Assembly: GCA_015680685.1 (NCBI GenBank)
Contig: MNCI01002172.1
Coordinates: 187,895 to 251,894 of the forward strand
Length of the DNA: 64,000 nucleotides
From: Gnetum montanum
Lineage: Eukaryota; Plantae; Gnetophyta
Reading direction: 5' to 3'
Part shown: positions 37,330 to 51,600 of the stretch, one piece after another
Numbering within the stretch: the stretch's first letter is position 1
Layout of the letters: each line of letters begins with the position of its first letter
Notes under the pieces: model-generated
Database searches by the model: none
What the model saw: only the letters and a program-made list of their open reading frames with translations
Told to the model about the DNA's origin: nothing
Made by a program: the position numbers and the translations under genes

Positions 37330-38230
37330 CCCACACCCCCCTCCTTAATTGGTTATTACCATGAGAAATTATGATGTAACTATTGGAATGAATTGGTTAT
37401 ATGAACATCAAGCTTTAATCAATTGTTGAGACATAACAATAATAGTGAAGGTAAGTGAATAGAAGTTATGCATAAAAGGGTAACTTAGATCTCTAAAACA
37501 TAATTTAATTAAAGTTAAGTATATCGAGCATAAATTGAGGAGAGGAGGCTAGATTTTCACACTACATCTAAGAGTTAGAGATGTTAAAAGGAAGGAACCT
37601 ATATTAAGTAATATTATAGGAGTGAATAAATATCAAGATGCTTTTACATTAAAGCTACCAAGAATAGCACCTTGCAAAGAAGTAGAACTAACTATAGAGT
37701 TATTGTTAGGAATTGCTTCTATTTCAAAAGCTCCTCACAGGATGACATTAGAAGAAATGAAAGAATTAAAGATTCAACTTGAAAAGCTTCTAGAAAAGAG
37801 CTTCATTTTCCCATGTGCATCACAACAATATATGCCAATACTATTTGTGAAGAAAAATAATGACACTCTAAGGTTATATATAGATTATTAATAAATAAAT
37901 AAAGTTACTATAAAAAATAAGTATTCATTATTGAGGATTGATGATATGATCTCTTTGATCAATTATAGGAAGTTAAGGTATTTTTTAAAATATATTTTAA
38001 ATTTGGATATCATTAGGTTTAAAATCAAGTAAGAAGATATTCATAAGACTAGTTTTCGCATTGTATATAGACATTATGAGTTCACAATTCTATCTTTTGA
38101 GTTGACCAATGCTCCTTTTATTTTCATAAACTTTATGAATCATATTTTCGGATCATATTTGAATCAATTTGTAATAATTTTTATTGATAACATACTTATG
38201 TAATCTAGGAGTTATGATCCATGACACCTT
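37330..38230 (+). mobile_element. Decayed chromovirus (Tekay/Del-like) protease-RT fragment
   Basis: DVTIGMNWL, APHRMTLEEMKELKIQLEKLL, LFVKKNNDTLRLYIDY, YEFTILSFELTNAP, VIIFIDNIL. Confidence 0.8.
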
Positions 38231-38589
38231 AGAATGGTAACAAAGGAGAAATTGTAAGTGAAAGTGAATGGTTCTTATGAAAATAATGTAAGGATAACAT
38301 AATGGTGTCTTAAGAATAACTTGAACTCACAATTTATTACAATTAAAGCAATAGGCTTACCAATTGAGCTATCTTATACAACTTATGTCAATAATTAGTC
38401 AGTATCATTCTCTAATGGTTGAAGTATAGAAACCAATAACCATCTCCTCCACAATTTTCTTCCTTTTTTAAATAGCCTTTTTATTTGCTATTGCTATAAA
38501 TGAATTAACAAATGAAATTCTTTGGTGTATGCGATTTGCAAATGATGGTGTTGGTAAAAATATTTTTAGAAAATATTACTTCTAAAAAG

Positions 38590-40160
38590 GAAAAGTAAGG
38601 ACATGCTTTAGAATCAAAAGCCTTAAAAATGGGTAGAAGTGAGAGAGAATGCATGGAATGCAATTTCAATAAAAGCATAACTAGCACTAAAATAGAAGTT
38701 ACAATTTAAGACCAAAAAAGTCTCTCACTAAAAAAAGTTTCACTACCTAGGATCAAGCCTCCAATGTGATGAAAAATTGATAAAGATACAAGAAATAGAA
38801 CTGAGGCAAAATGGTCAAAATGGAGATTAGTTAGTGATGTTTTGTGCTATAAAAGAATCATAACAAAACTAAAAGGAAAATTTTACCAATCAATAATTAG
38901 ATTTACTATCTTATATGGTCTTTGATGAGTGGCGAGGTACCCCCTACGCCCAACCATACAAATCACAAAGCATTCACACACGATCTGGTCAAATTCCGCA
39001 GACTTTATCATTTCCAATGCACTAGCCCTTTAGGAAGTGAATCTAGTCTTAAGGTCAATCGTTGTCCTCCCAATTACACTTGTGATGTACATTGGTATGG
39101 TTAAGTGTAACTGAGACATCTGATTTTTATCATTTTATATTTTATATTTTGGTGCTTGAAATGTAGATAAAAGGAGTTTAATTAACTAATTATTTAACTA
39201 ATCATAACATAAGTACCTATTTCCACTTTCCATACACGTCCTAAACCCACGTATCCACTACTAGGTGACCAAACACTATGCTACTGGGCGTACCAAGCGA
39301 TAATGCTACTAGGATTACCAAGCAAATATGTGTTACACTCAAAGCGGTCGTGCTTATGTGTGTAATCTATCTCGCTTAATTGTCTCATTAACGTAATAAT
39401 TGAAAAATATTTGATAACTAGTTGAAATCATTTAATAAATAATTAAAAACATTAAATGCATAAATTTATAGCTAATCTATCCAAAGTGCTGCAAGGTTTA
39501 TCAAAAAGCTTGTCTTTATTGCTATACACACTGTCATGCTCAGGTACAACAATGCTCGAATAAAGATTCATGCACTCAATGACATCTACTGTGGGCACAC
39601 AAGGAAAAAATTTTAACTTTCAAATGGAAAAAATGCAAAAACTTCACTACCACTGAAATCTAGATTCTTCACATAAATGCGGTTGGTAGGCACGTATTTA
39701 TAGGTGACGGACAGACAATACGTCAACGAGGCCTCATCGACGCAGTCAACCAACAACGACTCATCAGTGTTGAATGTTAGGTACTACAGAAAAGACATGA
39801 ACAACAATTTTGTGTAGTAGAAATACAAACACTTAAATAGATATTCAATATTATAAAAAGAGATAAATTGCATAATATAGACAGTATATGAAGGTATTGA
39901 TTACCTTTTATTTCATATAAGCTAGAGAATCTTAAATGGTTTGGACATGTGTAAAAACAAATCAAATATATCTAAAAAGTCTACAAACATAATAAAATTT
40001 CAGTTTGAGAAAAGGTGACAATTCTAGAAAAGCTATTGAAAAAAGAAACAAGAAACAAAAACAAACAAACAAAAGATATGAAAGAAAAATAATTCCTGAT
40101 GATTTGAAAAAATTACAAATAAATAAGGATCCACTTTTCATAAATTAAAAGGAACTTAGA
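38590..40160 (+). mobile_element. 5'-truncated RTE-clade LINE 3' fragment, split by a solo LTR
   Basis: LESKALKMGRSERECMECNF, WSKWRLVSDVLCYKRIITKLKGKFYQSIIRFTILYG|EC..LKWFGHV, the typical plant RTE C-terminus. Confidence 0.8.
38923..39766 (-). mobile_element. Solo LTR of a related Athila family (844 bp)
   Basis: Left end TGATGAGTGGCGAGGTACCCC is the reverse complement of the B LTR end. Right end CATCA. TSD GTCTT/GTGTT. Confidence 0.88.
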
Positions 40161-40338
40161 TAACTAACCTTATTTTGTTAGGAAACATGAGGATGATGAT
40201 GAAGAAATAGCATTCTTAGCAAATTTAACCAACAATGTATAATTTCTAAACTTTTTATGTTTTCTTTCTGTAACAAAGGGGTAGTGTACCATGATCTTAT
40301 GTGCTTAGTTGATATTTTATTTGGGGAATGTGCTGCAG

Positions 40339-40533
40339 ATGTTAGAAATCGAAAATTCAACGCTTCCGACTGCGAACTTTGAATTGGTTGCAACGGACCC
40401 CATAAAGGGACAACTGGCGACTGTAATTAGGGTGGCACCAAATGCTGAAAAACAGAAGAAATTACACTCAAAAGCAAGAGATGCAAGAAGGAAAGACTGG
40501 GAATGGAATAAAAAAAAAACAAAACAACAGTAG
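40339..40533 (+). other. Candidate orphan terminal exon (MLEIENSTLPTANFELVATDPIKGQLATVIRVAPNAEKQKKLHSKARDARRKDWEW...)
   Basis: TGCAG acceptor, an open frame with protein-like composition and retained CpGs. No upstream exon is recognisable. Confidence 0.3.
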
Positions 40534-43500
40534 TTTCCTGATATGTGACAACCTCAAAAGCAGAGACAAGATACTGTTGAAGGATAATGAAGTGGGGTTG
40601 TTCCTCAACCAGAGCATAGCAAGTTGCATGGTCATGCTTTGTGAATATATTTGATGCAGTCAATCACATCAAATGTTCTTTTAAAAAAATAAAATAAATA
40701 AGTGCACTGCGTTGATGCTGAACGCTCTTTTCCAAGTCATGGCACGGTCCTACTTCACCAATCCTGCTCGTTAATTGCAGGACTAAATAATGAGTACCTG
40801 CCTTCCATTATCTGGTCAACTTTTGCACTCACAAAGTAATCAACTAATTTCAATCGTTTATCTGAGCTAACTCTTAAAGTTAATTGTTGGGTAAACTAAC
40901 CTTCAAGTATTCTTGCAGAGATAAGAAGGGCATGGGGCAAAAGATGATACCTGCATCGTTACAGTTCATCCGTTTGGTATTTCCGTGTAGTTTAGAAACA
41001 CACTTCCATTTATGAAAAATAAAAATCTTTCTCCTCGTGTTCTTATTCTGAGTGCATTAAGCTTATACAAATGAACTGGACTTCTTCCCTGGCATAGAAG
41101 TTAAAGAGCCCTCAGAAGGAATTTAGATTTTAGATTAGGGAAGGACATGGCAAACAAGAACTACTAAAATATTTATGCACTGGCTATCTAACTAATTTTC
41201 AAATGTAACTTCATGTGTTTTGGAAATATCTAACCTATTCTTCTCCTCCTTTGTAGGAGGCTTTAGGTGTGAGCCCCATGACCTTGTTTGGTAATCTCAG
41301 ATCACAGGTGTTCCACTCAGCAACACTGATTTATAAAATTTGAAAACATAAAAATATAAAAAAATCCGTGAAAGAAATCCTGAAACTGTTGCAATGATTC
41401 TTTTAGGATTAAACCTATGGTTTACAAAAACAAACCAGATACTCTTTAGCAATAAGCTGCTTAATCTTTATCGTTATTTGTATTTTATATAAGCTGTAAA
41501 TTCAATCAATTTAACTGGCTGTACCATTGAGAAGACACATACTGAATTTGAGTCTGAAAGCAGAAAAAGACAGTAGATTTGGTTCTCATCGGCTACGTCA
41601 CCAATACAATCTCTTCTAAAACAAACTTAAAAAGTAATTCATCCTAACAAATATCTGAGGTCTGGTGGTCTCCATGTGTAAAAGATATCATTTTAGGTAC
41701 CATGAACAGGTGCAAAGAATTGCAAGTGGGGTTCCATTCATATTGACTGGGGTTGTCTCCATCAGTCATTAATGCAGATAATGCTTTCGCATTGAAAACT
41801 AAGGTGTGCACATTTCTAAAGGCTGCCATGTGCACCACGGATCATCAGGAACAGCCCAACTTTCAGGTTTCCTGTTGCATTCAAGATTGCATACTTCCAT
41901 TAATGTTTAGACCAATACCTTTCTTGTAAATCAGCCAAAAAAAAAGAAAAGGCATTCCAGCACAGTCCGTACAAATAGAACTGAATGTTCATACAAGGGT
42001 TCCTGAAGATAAGAATGAATCTTTGAGCAAGATTTTTTAGCTAGGATATAGGTGCTGCAAAGAAATTTACAACTTTTGTAATACTTCTGCCTACACATCT
42101 TTTTGACAGAAAAGACCATGGAATCTAGGCACTCATTGTTTATCGTTAGGCACTCAATGTTTATCGTTGCAGTGGTGATATGGTGACAAGAGAGAATAGT
42201 TGTAATTCCCTGTCGGTCCAATATGGGTTGAAGGTCCGGTAAAATTTCTCTGTTCGGTTATAAATCTTTTCTTGGAAACTTTTTAGAGCATATAAAGATT
42301 ATGACCACTTGGCTAATTTTGGGAGGTGGGGTTTATTTTCTAATAGATTATTGGTTATTCCAATCTATGTTATGCTTGGAACATACCTCTAAAGTACTAT
42401 GGGATATTGGTAGTGGGTTTTGAACCAAATACTTTAGGGTGTAAATTGGGCGATGTTCAATGAGATTACCATTTTATTATGAAGATTGAATTTATTACTC
42501 AAACGTGAGAGACTTAACAATTGTTGAGGAAGGAGAATAGAGAATGGTTAACAACTGTTACCACTTTGAAGTAGGGGAAAGCAATATCATTCATACATGT
42601 CAACTTAGGTTTATTATGAAAAGAAAAACTGCAGCCAACAGTAAATTGAAATAAAATAATAAAATAACTGATTTGCCATGGTTATCTCACTATAATTATG
42701 TGATGAGAAGTTACAATTATTAGCCATAACAAATGCCCTGAGCAACTCAAGACTAAATTTAATATATTTTTGATGTAAAATATTATCATCTTTGAATTTT
42801 AAAAAACATGTGAGGATCATTAGTTTTCTTATATAGGTGTAGACTTTTCTTGAATAACATTCATTGAATGCACAATAGTGTCCTAGTTCAAAATAATATA
42901 TGGTTTTTTTGGAAAAAAAAATTAAGTTATGTATTGCTTTTTATTCTTTTCATTTGAATTTGTTACTAATCATTTTTGTTTTCAATTTTGCAACTTAGAC
43001 TTTTATACATTCAAATGAAGATGTACTTATAGCACACCCCTAAGGATCTAAGAACATTAAAATGTTAAATTTTATGCACAGTTACTTTTCTATGTGGCAT
43101 AGGAGAAAGTTGAGTGGGTGGTTAGCCTAACAAAGGTTAAGAGTTTGGTTTTAGTACTCAAGGGTGTCAAGACACTCACTTTTCAATGGAGAGGTTATAA
43201 GTTCAATTCTTGAGTCATTTTTAAGTGTAGCAATAGTGGAGTAGCCTTGTGTGATAAAAGAAACATTAATATATATATATATCCTATAAAAGAAGTTCTG
43301 AAACTAGTCCAAGATCCAAGGGTTTGAATTGATGTAAGTAGAAAATTACAATTTTAGTTTCTAGATTTATGAAGTTCTTCATTTCAATAAAAAATTGATA
43401 TACCTCATGCTTGATATGAATTTGAGACTAGAACAAGAATAGTTTTAGGGTTTGGAGAATTTTTTAGCAGGATTTGATAAGGAAGATGATAAAATCATTC

Positions 43501-44460
43501 ATTCTAGTACAATGGTGCTCAAATCATTGTAAGGATGCCAATATACTTGGCATATAAGCCCTAACCATTAGGATATCTTTAAACACTTCATTCAACTTTT
43601 TAAGCACACAAATTTTTTATTTTCTTCTTGAAACTAAATGGTGAATTTCATTCTATAAGAAACCACGTAATTGATGATTTCCTTATTTATTATAGATAAA
43701 ATCTATTATAAGATGCATATTACACTATATCTCATTTAAAATCATAATTGTAATCTATTTTCTTAAGTTATCCTCTAAATTTATTTTTAAATTAAGTTTA
43801 TTAATTTAAGAAACCAAATAATATACATTCTTATATAAAAATGAAACTAAAATTGTTTTTAATTAATAGGTTACATAGGTTGTCTAGACTATGTAAATAA
43901 ATTAGTAATTTCATCTACTATCAATGCCCACAATATGAAACTGAAACTATTTTTATTTAATAGGTTCCACATGCCTTAATAGCCTATTAATTATGCTAAT
44001 GTTCAATACCAACCATGTATATGTTCTTAACAAAGAAATAAAAATCATGATCAACTTTACATTTTGGATACATTGATAAATATTTAAATAATAAAGGTAA
44101 TAACTTAAACTAAATGATTCTTAAGTTAAACTACATCTAAAAATAAATATCAAAATAAACTACATCTAAAAATAAATATCAAAATTATTTTTGACTTGTA
44201 AAAGAATTATCCAAAACATTCTCTGGTACCTTTTAACCACATAATATTCTTTTGACGTATTGACTTTGTACTTCTTTATTTTAATTTTTCTTTTTAAAAG
44301 TTATAATATCAAGTAAAGTTTAGTGTTGATTCTGTTTTTTAAGTAAACCTACTTCATGACGTCAAATTTGATAAATAACTTTCACCTAAAAATTAAGCTG
44401 TATTTTGAATTTCATGCATGATGCAATATTTTCTGACCTAATAATCATACATTCTGAAAC

Positions 44461-44700
44461 ACAATTCAAAGATTCTTCTGCAAGTTCAAAGATGCCTAGA
44501 TTACTTAGTGTATAAGAATGTACACTAACATACAAATGTCACAATTCAAAGATTCTTCTGCAAGTTCACAGATGCCTAGATTACTTATTGTATAAGAATG
44601 TACACCAAGATCGAAATGTCACAATTCAAACATTCTTCTACAAGTTCAAAGATGCCTACGTTACTTACTGTATAAGAATGTACACTAAGATGCAAATGTC
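44461..44700. repeat. 80-bp tandem repeat x3
   Basis: acaattcaaagattcttctgcaagttcaaagatgcctagattacttagtgtataagaatgtacacta... starts at 44461, 44541 and 44621. Confidence 0.92.
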
Positions 44701-46729
44701 ACTTATCAATGTCGGTTTAGAACTTTTGACAAGTAATCTGCTATAAAAGCAACAAGTAACCTACTCCAATTTCATGATCAAATGATGCAATTTCTCATTT
44801 CTAAGAGTGCTGTGACTTGGAAATATTAAAATACAATATGATATTCTTTTTCTAAGCAACTTCACTTTAAGAAGAAACACTCCACAAATTTACCTGTCTT
44901 TTTCAAGCCAGACTTGTTTTGTAAAACGAACGAATTTGATCGGTGAATCAAGCAAAGTAAGATATTGAAATTATATATATAAGTTAAAGTAACTTGATAA
45001 ATTAGCTAAATCGAGTTAAAGAAATGTAAATTTGATTCAACTTATTTGTGAATATTACAACAAAATTGTATTTCATTTTAACAAAAATAATGAGAAAAAG
45101 CTAATTATTTTACGAGTAGTAAGTCGAGCGATGTCATGCATTTCAATTTCATATCCAATTTTTTCGACGAACTCACGAAACTCCTTCGAAAAACAAGAAC
45201 TAAACGCACGAAACTCGTTCGAAAAATAAAAACGAGTTAACTAAGAATAGCTCTAAAGAACTTTTGATTCAACGCAACATAAAAACCATCTTAGTAAAAT
45301 GTTTAATTTCAAAAGTTTATGCTTCAGCTTCATTGAGAAAACCAAAAATAGTTCTCGTGATGCACATCTTGCATTGTAGGCCTGTATACCTGATAAACTT
45401 TACCCTTCATTTTTTGAAGTAGATTCATTCGGAAAATCTTTCTCCAACCAAGAACGAACAACCATACAGATCACCACACAACATTAAATTCAAAAAGCAG
45501 AAGAATCCTTAAACTCGGTAGGCATCGCAAACACCATCCTACATTGAAACATATGAATTGGAATCAATTTTAAACATAATACCGAAAAAATGTAACCACA
45601 TCCTGATCAATATTCATTACACCTTAAAAGTAATTAAACATGTGGCTTAACACCAACGTTTTGTATATGCCAAACATCAATGTATAACGATTTCATATCG
45701 CTTAACTTGAAGCTTGAAATCCTACACCTTGCCCAGTTGGGTAGGCATTTTTGATACTGCTGCATATAATTATTATTACTCGAAATGTAATTAATTAATT
45801 TGATAAAAAGTCCCCCCTAATCCGGCTTTCATTAGATGTTTGACCAAAAAACATAAATCCAATTGTGCAATACCACGCGCATTTTTGTTCTCAGCATCTA
45901 TAAGATCACTCTTCATTCATTCGTTCAAAATCAAATTTTCACAAACTCCACGAATCCCTTCAGAATCAAAATAACAGTCTACGCAACAAACTCTAACATC
46001 CTATTCCAACCTCCGAAAGAAAAACATTCATCAAAATCCCAACCATGTTCATCAACACACTTTAAAAGTCAAGTCTGCGCAGAGTTCGAACAGTTACTTC
46101 AATCTCCCACCAAACAACAGCAGTTCGCGACTTCAAAATTTATATCAGACCATCCCTCTACCGACATTATTGAACCGTAGAATACAATCTGAAATTGCAG
46201 CGCTGTCAGCATGAACACCCAGAAAAAAACATTTTCCAAACCACACGTCACGCATTCAAACAAAACTTGCCCACGCAAACATCATCCAAATTCAATTAAA
46301 AGCGCGCCGCAAGTCATGCCAAGTACCCCAATAACGCAGCCAAGATATCCGCTTCTCCAATCACCATTACGCAACAAAAACATCACAGCCAAAACCGCAA
46401 ATAAAATCCCAAAACCCGGATTACTGTCACAGCCAAAACAGGAGTCCATCTCTACACAACTTCTACTACCTCATCCCTATAATTTCTCGCCACGTACAAT
46501 GAATCTGGAAGACTCCAACCCACCTAGTACGGTATCACGTTAAAAACAAACTTCGACAAAATTTTCTTCCAAAAAAAAAAAACAGCATTCTGGTGTCCTC
46601 GAAGGAAAAAAAACCACACACACATAATCCATTCTTATTATTTTCAAGATAAATAAAAATACTGCAAATACATCTCTATCTAGACACACGTTATTGCGCC
46701 TGAGCCTGCGCCTGACGTGGCGGTGTCTG

Positions 46730-48547
46730 TCACGAGGACTGCGTGGCTCGAGTGGGGCCCATATCCGACGGCGCCGACGAATACGTGACGGGAACCGCCG
46801 TGGCGGCCACGCCGACGTTGCCCATAACGGGCGTCCCGCTCTGCGTGTAAAACACCGGCCTCGGAGCGCCGCCGACGCCGGCCGGCGCCTCGTAAACCAT
46901 TCCCCCATGATGATACACGTACTGACCACCTTCAGTATGCGCGGGCCGGTAAATCACGCCGCCGGCGACCGGCCCCTGGGCGTAGACCGGCGCCGGAACC
47001 TTCGCCTGCGCCGGCGGCTCCCGGTACGCCTCGGTGAGCTCGGCCGACGTGGGCGCCACCGGCTGCCGCTGCACCACCGGCGCCGGCCGCTCGCCGCCGC
47101 CGTACACGTTCACCGCCGGCGACCGCGCAACGTAGTACGGCGCCGCCACCTGGGTCGGAACCGGTGCCACCGCCGGCTGCGGCGCGCGTTGCTGCACCGG
47201 TGTCGGCACCGGTGCGTGGACAACGTACACCTGTGCAATAATAATAATACCCAATTTTAAAAACTTTCATTGGAACACGATGATTTAAGATTCACAGTTA
47301 AATTTCTGAAATCGCGTCGTCGACCCACCCACCTGTTGATGAGTATGCGGATCCCAGTAAGTGACCGGCTGCTGCGGTGTGACGAACTGCTGCTGCGGCG
47401 CAACCGGAGCCGGCGCCGGCGGTTCCGGAACGTTGCCGTAATCGGCTACGGTGGGGGCGGAGCTCGCAGCACTGTAGACGGGTTCCGGGTTCATAACCTT
47501 GACCGGCTGCGGCACCTGCTGTGGCGGTGGCGCCTGGTGCGGCTGCTGCTGCTGCTGCTGCTGGTGCTGCTGCTGCTGGCGGATCTGGAGCCTCTGAAAT
47601 TCCTGCACCGGCACCGGCACCGGCTGCTGCTGCTGCTGCTGATGATGTTGCTGCTGCTGCTGGTGCTGAAGCTGATGCTGATGCTGAAGCTGATGCTGAT
47701 GCACATGCGGCTGAGGCGGCGGGGCCACCGGCTCCTCCGGTTCCCTCCTCCGGCGCTCCGGGACGTCGGGCTCCGAGATCCGGGAGCTGGAGCTGCGCAC
47801 CGATCCTCCCTCGTTCCCGGCGAGATCGGCCTCATCGGCGGCCGACTTGCCCTCGAGGCCGAACAGATAGTCGGGGATGTTATTCGACCACGCCGAGTTC
47901 TCGGAGCCGGCGCCGCCCCCGGACTCGGAGCGCGAAACCCCGGCGTTGAGGGCGTCGACGAACCAGCCATCCTTCTTCCCGGCCTCGTCCGAGGAGGCCC
48001 CCGCGTCGGCGCCCGTGGCGCGGAACAGAAACAACCTCAGGCGCGAGAAGCGGAAGCCCCCGTGCTTGCACAGGCGGTCGTACTCCGCCATCATGTTGTC
48101 CAGATCCTCGTCGTTGGTCACGGACACCAGGGCGTCCAGATCCTCCGTGGGCAGCTGATACTTGAACGAGACGGGCACGCCCGTGAACGCCGCCAGGCGG
48201 GCCATGATGACGTTGTAGCGGATGTTGCGGTCGACGGCCAGGATGCGCGTTTCGCCGCCGGCGTACGTCAGCTGGTTGTCGTGCGGCCGCGGCATGATCC
48301 GGCCGCCGAAGCTGCACATCAGGCGGACGCGGTTGCCGTCTCCGGCGCCGGCGCCGGCACCGCCGCCGGCGGCCGCGTCCCAGCGGTTGAAGTCCGTGTC
48401 GTTGTCCCTGGACGATCGCGGTGAGGAGCCCACGGAGTCCGGGTAACCGGAATCCATATCCGGCGGTGGCGGAGGCGGAGGAGGCTGAGCCATCATTCCG
48501 GCCGCAGCAGCGCCGGCGTCCATTACCCTGCGCACTTCGCCGCTCAT
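46730..48547 (-). CDS. PB1 (Octicosapeptide/Phox/Bem1p) domain protein, PAL OF QUIRKY-like class, 571 aa, 2 exons
   Basis: RLMCSFGGRIMPRPHDNQLTYAGGETRI..KYQLPTEDLDALVSVTNDEDLDNMMAEYDRL..RLRLFLF. Exon 1 48547-47333, GT-AG intron 47332-47231 (phase 0), exon 2 47230-46730. Q/P-rich C-terminal half. Confidence 0.9.
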
Positions 48548-48636
48548 TTCACGTTACCAGACTGTGCTCGGTTCCTGATCTCCCTGAAAAGTGAGGACGG
48601 ATGTAAGGGGGGCTGAGACAGGGGCTGGGGCTGGGG

Positions 48637-48642
48637 TTTATA
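48637..48642 (-). promoter_or_regulatory. Putative TATA box of the PB1 gene
   Basis: CTTATAAA about 90 bp upstream of the ATG, followed by a pyrimidine-rich leader. Confidence 0.5.
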
Positions 48643-51600
48643 AGGGAAGGTAGAGGCGGTGGAGTTGCGTACCAGGCGCTGGTCGCGCGCCACGCTTTCC
48701 TGCATAGTTGAGTGTGTTGTTGCTGTTGGAGTTGGTGTTAAGTGAGTGCGGGGGGATGGTCACATGAGGTGTCCAGGGAGGGCCTGGCTTGACCCTGAGC
48801 AGACCCTGCTTCCGCCGCATTGAATGCGATTTGGGATCGACTGTGACGCGTGCCTGCGGGCCCCCCCCCCCCCCCCCCCCGCTTGGCTGCCTTCCTAGGT
48901 GGGTTTAATGACTCGGTGACTCTGGATGGGATTTTATTCGGTCGCAATATATATATAATTTGTTTTATTTATTTTTGGCTTTGGAAAATACTGGAAGGCA
49001 AGGCATTTGGATACGCCGTATTTTTGATTTCCTCACCGCTGTTTTCCCGGGCGTGTCTGTTCGGCCTGAAATCACGGCGGATTTTGACCTGCACCTACAT
49101 CCGCACTCTGGATTTGTTGAGCGAGAGCCGGACGCACAGGCTCCCCGCCTTTCTAACGAGTTTTTCTTGAAAAGAAACTGATAAATAAAAAAGTTAAAGC
49201 TTAATTTTGAAACTCGAAACAAATTCAGGTGCTCATTTTTCAGGTGGTAGCGCAGCCGGAAAGGTTACTCTTTTATTTGTTCATTTGCAAATTAAATTCT
49301 CTGGATCAGGTATATTTTACGAGTTTTCGCATTATTGTTAAAAAAAATTACCAAGCAAAATTTAGATGATACTTATTAAGAAAAGATCATAATTCAGAGC
49401 AATAGTAAGGTGCTTGTTTCTTGAAGTAAACATATATACAACCACCATTGACAGTCAACTGTATTAATTTTTTAATATCTAAAACACCTTAATACCACCA
49501 TCAGTTTCCTCCCACCCACAATATTCACACATATACAAAGGCTTAAATCTATTCAAGTAGTCCAAAATGTAATTTCCGACCTGAAATTGACACGTTATAA
49601 TATCATATTCCTGAGCTACCTCCCTCAAGGGACTGCAAGGAAAGAGGGAGGAGCAACAGCGAGGACTCCACGTTCCACTCTTACGCTGCTTAAACTTATA
49701 TTATTATGCATTAGCATTGATACTGCTTGACCATTATATTATTTTGCATTAGCATTGATACTAATTGACCATTATATTTTCCCATTCCGTGCTCGACCCG
49801 GCGACAGCGTAGCCGCTACCCTTCCAACGCATACACAAAAAGTAAATATCACATGGCTCGCAGGAAGAACGTATATCTTATATTCGCCATCAAACTAAAA
49901 GCAGCAGCAGTAGCAGTAGCGATCGAGTGCTGAACCAATGTGCAAATGACGTGTAAATGGCATGCGAGGGCGCATACGCACAGCTTAAAATTCAAAGCTG
50001 TCGGATAGCGTTTATTCAAATTAAAGTTAACCGGATTAACATTGCTATATTACGCGACATAATATTCTATCATACGATTCTTCCGTCCGCATGAAGTGGT
50101 GGGGACAAGCAAGCTGACGCAGCAACGAGGTGGTTGCAGAATCGATCAAATTCTTGACTTTGGCACTGATGTTATTGTGAAGGTTTGAATTTCGGAGTAT
50201 GCGCGTACCGGCGTGAGTCACCGGCGATGTGACTTACTTTGGAAGTTAGGGATGATGTTCATGTCGATGATGATGACGACGACCAGGGAATATGAATGAG
50301 CTGCTGCTGGTTTTCCTCTCGTTTGATTATGGTGGCATCCAAAGCAAAGCGATAAAGTTGCTTACGAAGTATCTCAGATACTTCACGGTGTAGACGGGGT
50401 GATTGGAAAAGAAAGTTTACAAGTCAGTTTGTCTTGGTTTCAGTAGGCCAAGCTATGCCTAAGCCACTTTCCTGGTCACTCACTGTAACGGAATCATGTC
50501 CCTGGAATGGGCATAATTGTTATTTTTGCCGCTAAGTCAATGCGCCTTTCATTTAGTAATCAAGATTCTTTTCGTGTGCCCGGGGCAATTCTTGGGAAAA
50601 AGATTTCTATAAAATTCCACTCATGGCATATTCATGTGATGAACTATATGTGCGATAATGTCTTTTGATCATGTAATAAAATTCTTTGAGATTCTTTTGG
50701 GTTTGAATTTCATCAAAAGGTATCAGAAACTGGGCTGCCAAACATCCTAAAGCCGTCTTTCTTGTTAACTATCGAGCATATGGCAAAATCATCAATAGCT
50801 CTGAGAGAACACGATACTCAACCAGAACATAATGTAGAACTTCCTCTGAAAAGGATAGTTTATATAAAGAAAGTGTCCTGTGATTATGCAAGTTACAGGT
50901 ACAATTCCAACGATTCTAAGGAGTATGTTCAAACACAGTTATATTTTTATGTTCCAGGTCATATAAAAGTATATTGGAATACCTAACATAGGATCTACAC
51001 CTAACATAAGATCTACGACAAAGCTGTTGCTTTAGTGATATATTAATCAATCATGACAGTCAAGAACTACTTTTGTAAAACTTGATTAAAACCTCAGAAT
51101 ACCTACAGCTGCTTCAAAGACAATGTAATACATTACAATTATATAAAGTAGACTGAAGCTAAACATAAGGGAAAAGCAAAAGTCTCATCTTCAAAACTTT
51201 AGGCATAATATGCCAAGACAAAAGAAAAATTTTAACGATAAATAATTTGATTAATATGGAGAGCACAATGTAGTTGATAGATATACTAAAATATAAATCT
51301 TTGTTTATGGCCAATCTTTAAGCATTGCCTCTCCAACTTCTTATATTTACAATAAATCCGCAGAACCAGACATCAAATATAGTAATAACGCTAACCTATT
51401 AACAACAACTAAGACATGGATCTGGGGGTTAAGCCCCCAGAACTTCATGGGTTGACGACAAGGATCAGTAGAGAGCACCATTTACAAATTTAGATCATAT
51501 TGCTGACTAAGAATTTTTCAATTGCTCGTTTTCACATTAAATAAAAAAAACCAAAATTTTCGCATGATAGTTCTCCTACGAAAGGATTTTTGAATGCCTT

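Noticed and set aside
44461-44700. CRISPR-like array (also considered for 4480-4791)
   Set aside because: Head-to-tail repeats without unique spacers, in a eukaryotic context.
46540-48446. Many long overlapping or antisense ORFs (e.g. 47270-48424 +, 384 aa)
   Set aside because: Shadows of the GC-rich PB1 CDS, with no independent motifs.
49610-49660. Hairpin with ACCTCCCTCAAGGG, reminiscent of miR477
   Set aside because: The stem is only about 11 bp with a short loop and cannot hold a 21-nt duplex. The 3' half of the putative mature sequence mismatches.
50250-50340. Possible C/D box snoRNA (ATGATGA)
   Set aside because: Part of a GAT/GAC microrepeat, with no convincing D box or terminal stem.
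51421-51441. Perfect hairpin TCTGGGGG-ttaag-CCCCCAGA
   Set aside because: Too short to assign. Possibly a MITE remnant; not a meaningful terminator in a plant nuclear genome.
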